From an uncultured delta proteobacterium (GTDB taxonomy: Bacteria; Desulfobacterota; Binatia; HRBIN30; BPIQ01): a stretch of DNA of 64,000 nucleotides. How positions within the stretch are numbered: position 1 is the first letter of the stretch; the number at the start of each line of letters is the position of its first letter. The notes under the pieces are model-generated. The model did not search any database and was not told the DNA's origin. It saw only the letters and a list, made by a program, of their open reading frames with translations. Of the stretch, positions 58,308 through 64,000 are shown in pieces. The translations under genes were made by a program, and so were the position numbers. The DNA lies in NCBI GenBank assembly GCA_963761335.1, contig CAVXGR010000012.1, forward strand, positions 768,001 to 832,000, read 5' to 3'.

Positions 58308-61300
58308 ATGCAGTTCCCATCCCGACAGCTATTGGGCGCCACCCTCGGTTGCTGGGCGCTTCTGCTCGGCGCCTGGGCGCAGGCGCAAGTGAATACCGGC
58401 ATGGACGCTTCCGCTCGCGACTTCGTCGCCTGTAACGGCCGGGCGGGATTTCGCACCTCCGAGGCGCAACAGGCCGCCACCGACCTGAACGGCGACTCGG
58501 ATGCGTTCGACCTCGTCCTCCAGATCGTCGACCTCGGCAGCGGCGCCATCACCAACGTGGCCAAGGATGCCAGCGGAGCACTGGCATGCGGCGGCGACCG
58601 CTTTGCCTTCGGCGTCTCGGAAGCGGCGCAGGGCGCCGACCTGGACGGCGATGGAGACATGAGCGACATCGTCCTCCACATCTACGACGCCGCCACCGCG
58701 ACTCTGACCAACACCGGGCGGCCGGTCAGCGCTGTCGCCGCCTCGGCCGATCTGGTGGCCTTCACCGTTCCGGAGGCCTCCCAAGGCACCAGCGGGACCG
58801 ATCTGAACGGCGACGGTGACACGCTCGATCAGGTTCTCTTCGTCTTCGACCCGGGCACCTCGACGGTCACCAATGTCGGTCAGGCGGCTCTCCCCGACTT
58901 TCAGGTCTCCGGCTCGGCAGTTGCCTTCCGCACCCCCGAGTCGGCACAGAACGACACCGACCTGAACGGCGACGGCGACAAGGGGGATCCAGTCTTGCAG
59001 ATCTACGACGCGGCGACCGCAACCTTGACGAACACCGCCCTCGAATCCGAGCCCGGCTTCCGCTTCGCCAATGGGGTCGCTGCCTTCCTGGTGCGCGAGT
59101 CCAAACAGAGCGCCGTGCTGAATCCCCCGGACTCGGACCGCCGCGACCGCGTTCTCCACGTCTACTGCCTGAGCTCTGCCGCCTGTGCGGCCGCAGGCGC
59201 CGCCGACCTGGGCGTCGCCGTGCACGGCAACATCGCCATGTCGGGAGACCTGATCGCCGTGGGGGTGCGCGAGCGGGAGCAGAACCACACCGACCTGAAT
59301 GGAGACGGCGACGTGAGCGACCGCGTCGTCCATGTGTATCGCATCAGCACCGGAACCCTGACCAACACCATGCTGGCAACCCGCGACGATCCGCAGATCG
59401 CCGGGGACACGGTCGCCATCAGCGTCCTCGAGCGGCGCCAGAACCACACCGATCTCAACGGCGACGGCGACTCCCGCGATCGCGTCGTCGAGCTGTACAA
59501 CGCCGGCAGCAGCACGGTGACGAACACGCATCGCGCCATCGGCTTCCACTGCCGCGCCGGCGCCATCGGCCAGAAGGGCGAATGCCTACAAGCCGCCAAT
59601 GACATCGTCGCCTTCGCCACCCGCGAGGGGTCACAGAACCGCACCGATCTCAACGGTGACGGCGACCACAACGATCTCGTCCTGGAGGTCTGGGAGATCT
59701 CCTCGGGAACCCTGATCAACCCCGGTGTCGCCATCGACCGGTATAGCGGCATACTCGTCGGCGATCACATCGTTGCCTTCCGCGCCAGTGAGCGCCGGCA
59801 GAGAACCGACCTGAACGGCGACGGCGATCTGCGCGACGACGCCATGACCGTCTTCAACGCCGCCAACGGCAGCACCACCATCCTCGGCCAGCAGGTGGAA
59901 AATTTCTTCGCGGTCACCGGCGACACCGTCGTCTTCCGCACCAGCGAGCGGGCGCAGACCGCCGACCTGAACGGCGACTCGGATCGCAATGACGACGTCC
60001 TCCAGTACCACGTGTCCTTCGTGGGGCCGACGCCGACCCCCACCCAGACCCGCACGCCGACGGAGACCGGTACGGCGACGCAGACACAGACGATCACGCA
60101 GACGGCGACCGTCACCGAGACGGTCACCGAGACCCCGGTGCCGACGCAGACTCAGACAACGACCCCAACCGCAACGGGCACCGAGACCCCGATCCCCACA
60201 GTGACGTTGACAGTCACCGAGACGCCGATCCCGACAGAGACGGCAACGATCACCGAGACACCGATCCCGACGCAGACGGGAACCATCACGGAGACGCCGA
60301 CGATCACGGAGACGCCGACGATCACGCCGACGGGGGCGCCGATCACCTGTCCGCAGGACTTTACCGTGCAGCTGGCGTCGGCCAGCGAGGCGCGCATTCA
60401 GACGCTGGGTGTGGGTCTGTTCCCGACGACGGGGGGGTTGGCGCTGCAGGGGAGCCTGAGGGTGGAGGTTTCCTGCCCGGACGTGAACGGCATCGCCACC
60501 ATCACCATGCCCGCGGCCGATGCCGACCTCCAGCCGGTCGATCTCGGCGCGCTGGGCACGGCCTGCGTCGAGCTGAGCGCCGACGCCGTTGGGACAGTCG
60601 ATTGCGACGGTGGGACGACACCGGGGCCGGACTTCATCTTCACCAAGGATCACGATACCAACCCGGCGCACACGATTGCCGGCTCGCCGCCCGGCCTGCC
60701 GAACGATGCGGGGTGCGACGACGTCTTCACGTTCGGCGGCCTGCCTCCCTCGTATGCCTGCCTGGAAGGGACGAAGAGATGCCTGGGGGGCACGAACCTC
60801 GGCATGGTGTGCACGACGGATGCCGGCTGTCCGGGCTCGACCTGCGTGGCGTGCTCGAGCGGAACCCGTTCGAACAGCACCTGCGACAGCCCCACGGTGA
60901 TCACCGAGAGCGGCACGTTCCGGCCGGGAGAGATCGTTCTGACCACGGTGCAGAAGATCACGGTCCTGCCGCCGTCGGCGTACGGAGCCGACGGGATACC
61001 CTGCACGGCAGACGACGGCGCTCCGTCGCTGCCGCCGACCGAGTCCCCGGCGATCTTCAGCACGGGCCTCGTGCAGGCGAAGGTGTGGGACGCGACCACG
61101 GCGCAAAACGGGACGTTGAGCAAGAACAACCGCATCGACACCGGGTCGTTGACCTCGTGCGCGACGAATGCGGATTGCCCGTCCATCTGTATTGGGGGGA
61201 GCAACGCCGGTGGGCAGTGCTTCGTGGCCGGCGACTGTCCTGGAGGGAGCTGCCCGCGCACCCGGATCTGCATCGGGGGCACCAACAATCTCCATCCGTG

Positions 61301-61625
61301 CTTATACAACTCGGATTGCCCCGGCAGCGGCGCCTATTGCAACGACGTCGGCAATCTCCTGGAGACCTGCTACGAGGGCGATCCACCGCTCGGCGGGGGG
61401 GCGCAGACGCTGTGCGGCCCGGGACACGTGGAGCCGTGCTACTGCCGCGCCAAATGCGGCTCGGCGGGCTGCGTCAACGGGACCACGGGCAACCCGGGGA
61501 GCTGCGCGGCGATGTTCAGCGCCTCTCCCAGTCTGTCGGGGGTGGTCCTCGGCGGTGCCTTCCCGACGCTGGACTTCCAGCTCGGCGGCGACGCCGTCGT
61601 CTACTTCAACTTCGCCGTGCAGTGA
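58308..61625 (+). CDS. Large secreted protein: ten DLNGDGD repeats, Pro/Thr linker and Cys-rich C-terminal domain
   Basis: GGAGG RBS; signal peptide; ~55-aa repeats AFxxxExxQxxTDLNGDGDxxDxVL. Confidence 0.85.
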   Translation: MQFPSRQLLGATLGCWALLLGAWAQAQVNTGMDASARDFVACNGRAGFRTSEAQQAATDLNGDSDAFDLVLQIVDLGSGAITNVAKDASGALACGGDRFAFGVSEAAQGADLDGDGDMSDIVLHIYDAATATLTNTGRPVSAVAASADLVAFTVPEASQGTSGTDLNGDGDTLDQVLFVFDPGTSTVTNVGQAALPDFQVSGSAVAFRTPESAQNDTDLNGDGDKGDPVLQIYDAATATLTNTALESEPGFRFANGVAAFLVRESKQSAVLNPPDSDRRDRVLHVYCLSSAACAAAGAADLGVAVHGNIAMSGDLIAVGVREREQNHTDLNGDGDVSDRVVHVYRISTGTLTNTMLATRDDPQIAGDTVAISVLERRQNHTDLNGDGDSRDRVVELYNAGSSTVTNTHRAIGFHCRAGAIGQKGECLQAANDIVAFATREGSQNRTDLNGDGDHNDLVLEVWEISSGTLINPGVAIDRYSGILVGDHIVAFRASERRQRTDLNGDGDLRDDAMTVFNAANGSTTILGQQVENFFAVTGDTVVFRTSERAQTADLNGDSDRNDDVLQYHVSFVGPTPTPTQTRTPTETGTATQTQTITQTATVTETVTETPVPTQTQTTTPTATGTETPIPTVTLTVTETPIPTETATITETPIPTQTGTITETPTITETPTITPTGAPITCPQDFTVQLASASEARIQTLGVGLFPTTGGLALQGSLRVEVSCPDVNGIATITMPAADADLQPVDLGALGTACVELSADAVGTVDCDGGTTPGPDFIFTKDHDTNPAHTIAGSPPGLPNDAGCDDVFTFGGLPPSYACLEGTKRCLGGTNLGMVCTTDAGCPGSTCVACSSGTRSNSTCDSPTVITESGTFRPGEIVLTTVQKITVLPPSAYGADGIPCTADDGAPSLPPTESPAIFSTGLVQAKVWDATTAQNGTLSKNNRIDTGSLTSCATNADCPSICIGGSNAGGQCFVAGDCPGGSCPRTRICIGGTNNLHPCLYNSDCPGSGAYCNDVGNLLETCYEGDPPLGGGAQTLCGPGHVEPCYCRAKCGSAGCVNGTTGNPGSCAAMFSASPSLSGVVLGGAFPTLDFQLGGDAVVYFNFAVQ

Positions 61626-61722
61626 TGCGTGCCGGTGCGGGAGAGCCGAGCGTTCCGGCTCCTCCGCACCGGGAAACGCTGCCATACGGGTCGGCTTGTC
61701 GCCGGCAAACCTCCGTACCCGG

Positions 61723-62847
61723 CTAATCGCGGTCGGGCAGCATTTCCTCGCGCAGCCTGCAGCGCTCCAGGTAAGTGCGGCGTACCAGGTCGGCGTCGCG
61801 CACGAAGTGCTCGAGCTCGCTGAGCAGCAGCGCCTGCGGGCCATCGCACAGGGCCTCCTGCGGCCGCGGATGAAAATCGACCAGGACCATGTTGGCACCG
61901 GCGATGATCCCCTGCGCCGCCACGTGCTCGATGTCGAGAATGCCGTCGGACGAGGCGCTCTTCTTGCCGACGGAATGCGACGGGTCGACGCATACCGCCA
62001 GGCGGGTCAATCGCCGCACCACCGGAACGAGACCAAAGTCCACCAGGTTGCGATGCGGATCCCCGAGGTTCGACTTCACCCCGCGCAGGCAGAAGATGAT
62101 CTTGTGGTTGCCGCTGGTCGCCAGGTACTCGCAGGCGTTCAGCGATTCGTCGAGAGTGATTCCCATGCCGCGCTTGAACAGAACGGGAAACTCGTCCTGC
62201 TGGCCGACCGTCTTCAGCAGCTCGAAGTTCTGGGCGTTGCGGGTGCCGATCTGCAACATCACGCCGGTGGGACGGCCGGCCCGATCGAGGGCGTGGCGAA
62301 TCTCCTCCACCTGGATCTCGTGGGTGACCTCCATGGCAATGACCCGAATCCCGTATTTTCCCGCCAGCTCGAAGAGGAAGGACAGGCACTTGGCGCCGTG
62401 CCCCTGGAAATCGTAGGGGCTGGTGCGCGGCTTGTACGCTCCGGCGCGCGTGGTGGTGATGCCGAGGTCGCGCAGGGCGCGGAACATCTCCTCCACGTTC
62501 TGCGGCGTGTCGACGGCGCACAGTCCGGGAAAGACGTGAAAGGTGTGCTGTCCGAAATCGACGCCGCCGTACTCGAAGCCGATGGCTTCCACCTGCCCCT
62601 CGTGGCGGCCGATGGAGCGATAGCGCTCGCGGATACGGATGACCTTCTCCACCGCTTGGAACTCTTCGAAAGGTTCCAGCGGGATCGACGCCGTCGATCC
62701 CAGAAGGTAGATCTCGGTGAGCACTCGAGTGGTGCCCTGGATCTTGCGCACCTCGGCGCGCACGTCGGGGTAGCGCTCGGCGACGCTAACTACCTGTGCC
62801 ACCTCCGGCGACTCCGGCAGGATATCCGACTTCATGACGATGATCAT
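61723..62847 (-). CDS. aroF: 3-deoxy-7-phosphoheptulonate (DAHP) synthase, class I-beta
   Basis: MIIVMK regulatory N-terminus; GLCAVD, RAGAYKPRTSPYDFQG, QIGTRNAQNFELL, KRG, VDPSHS, DGPQAL. Confidence 0.92.
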   Translation of the reverse strand: MIIVMKSDILPESPEVAQVVSVAERYPDVRAEVRKIQGTTRVLTEIYLLGSTASIPLEPFEEFQAVEKVIRIRERYRSIGRHEGQVEAIGFEYGGVDFGQHTFHVFPGLCAVDTPQNVEEMFRALRDLGITTTRAGAYKPRTSPYDFQGHGAKCLSFLFELAGKYGIRVIAMEVTHEIQVEEIRHALDRAGRPTGVMLQIGTRNAQNFELLKTVGQQDEFPVLFKRGMGITLDESLNACEYLATSGNHKIIFCLRGVKSNLGDPHRNLVDFGLVPVVRRLTRLAVCVDPSHSVGKKSASSDGILDIEHVAAQGIIAGANMVLVDFHPRPQEALCDGPQALLLSELEHFVRDADLVRRTYLERCRLREEMLPDRD

Positions 62848-63347
62848 TGATTCTCCCTATCGCCTCGAGAGTCGACGAACGGCCCCGGGGTGTTCTCCGT
62901 CGCCGCCCTCTCCTCCGGGCTGCTCCAGCTCCTCAACCACGCGTCCGAGAGGCTGTCGAGATCGGCCGCCAGACCTTCCCCACCCGGCTTCCCGTCGGCG
63001 CCATTGGAGCGAATGACGAAGGTGCGGCCGTCGCTGACGAAAATGTAGGGGTGGCCCCACGGATCGAGCGGAATGGCGGGAAAATATCCCTGCGGGTCGT
63101 AGGAGGCGCACAGACTCTCGCCGCCATGCCCGGCGACCAGCACGCCCAGCCCCTGCTCGGTCGTGGGGAAGAAGGTGCAATCCCGTTTGAAGAGGTGCAG
63201 TGCCACCGCCAGACCGCGTATGTCGGCTACGGCCCGCATCGAGGCCGTCGGCGGCGGCACCGACTCCTCGCCCGGGGGACCGAACCACCACACCCCGGCG
63301 ATGAGCACGGCCGCCACGATCAGCAGCGCGCCGAGGCGAGCGTTCAT
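62844..63347 (-). CDS. Type II secretion GspG-like pseudopilin domain protein
   Basis: FPTTEQGL..L, IPLDPWGHPY, SNGADGKPGGEG..AD; N-terminal TM helix but no GFTLxE motif. Confidence 0.75.
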   Translation of the reverse strand: MNARLGALLIVAAVLIAGVWWFGPPGEESVPPPTASMRAVADIRGLAVALHLFKRDCTFFPTTEQGLGVLVAGHGGESLCASYDPQGYFPAIPLDPWGHPYIFVSDGRTFVIRSNGADGKPGGEGLAADLDSLSDAWLRSWSSPEERAATENTPGPFVDSRGDRENQ

Positions 63348-64000
63348 GGTCGGAAACTGCCAGAAGGTTCTACGCGCAACGTCCAATCGCCTCCGCTCGC
63401 CGTGGCGGTGAGATAGATGTTGGCCCCTGGCGCCGTCTCTTCCGCGATTCCGTCGAGCCCGGTTCCACTGGCTCGGGCCGCGGGGTGGAGGGACGCCGGA
63501 TAGAATGCAACCAGGCGCGCGCCGGCCGGCGCGCCGCTGCCACTGGCCTGCAGCGCGCCGGTGTCGGGATCGAACGACATCTGCTGCAGATTCCCCGGAG
63601 CGGCGCGCACAAAGGCGCGCGTCAGCTGGTCGATCAGCACTTGGCGCGCACCGACGACGGTATTGCTGGTGCAGTCGACGTCGAGCTCGCCCCAGACGTA
63701 GGGCACCCTTCCGGCGCGGTAATCGGACACCTTGTGCGGGTCACCGCAGGACTCTCTCCACGTCCACAGAGTGGCGCTGACGAGGAACTGCTCCTGAAAG
63801 CTCTGGTGGTCGCGAAAGTATCCGTCGTTCGGATCAGAGGCGCGGCGCGGGTCGGTACCCCACTCTCCGGAGAGCACCGGGGCACCTGCGAAGCGCTGCG
63901 CCTCGTCGAGCGCCACCTGAAAGGCCGCCGCCGTGATCGGCCCGCCGGTGAAACCGCCGGCGTAGATGTGCGGCGCGTAGACCACGTCGGCATCGCGGTC
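63344..64000 (-). CDS. GH5 endoglycoceramidase-like protein, C-terminal part (runs off the window)
   Basis: VYAPHIY, LSGEWG, WTWRESCGDPH, LTRAFVRAAPG. Confidence 0.8.
   Translation of the reverse strand, partial: DRDADVVYAPHIYAGGFTGGPITAAAFQVALDEAQRFAGAPVLSGEWGTDPRRASDPNDGYFRDHQSFQEQFLVSATLWTWRESCGDPHKVSDYRAGRVPYVWGELDVDCTSNTVVGARQVLIDQLTRAFVRAAPGNLQQMSFDPDTGALQASGSGAPAGARLVAFYPASLHPAARASGTGLDGIAEETAPGANIYLTATASGGDWTLRVEPSGSFRP

Noticed and set aside
1..64000. Many long Arg/Ala/Pro-rich overlapping ORFs (e.g. 33681-35876, 36629-38887, 42615-44804, 54603-56384) and long N-terminal extensions in the ORF track
   Set aside because: Alternate-frame or antisense shadows expected at high GC; no motifs, and better-supported genes occupy the same DNA.

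Overview
High-GC bacterial chromosome segment. The Myxococcus-type Cys-rich repeats, Pro/Thr linkers and IPTL-CTERM-like tail resemble Binatia/deltaproteobacteria-like genomes (inference only). It holds two glycosyltransferase clusters (0.9-7.0 kb, 45.4-55.7 kb), several large secreted repeat proteins, a cNMP-thioredoxin reductase, an Anbu/FGase/transglutaminase operon, phnW plus a deleted phosphonatase-like gene, glgP, tRNA-Ser(TGA), DAHP synthase, an IS66 and several MITE/REP-like repeats. Most notable: (1) a 20.3-24.6 kb array of secreted C-type-lectin-fold genes (two FGE-sulfatase paralogs, DUF1566) whose 3' ends carry the codon signature of diversity-generating-retroelement (DGR) variable regions, with no RT or template repeat in the window; (2) a five-gene operon (40.0-44.3 kb) with an RRE/PqqD domain apparently fused to a lasso-leader-like peptide, plus an HPr-kinase-like protein, two GT2s and a nucleotidyltransferase but no cyclase or protease; (3) a collapsed duplication that copies a sigma54-like glgP promoter in front of the Anbu operon; (4) MITEs with TAG...CTA ends and 12-bp target duplications carrying REP-like cargo. 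All calls come from manual motif reading; no database searches were run.
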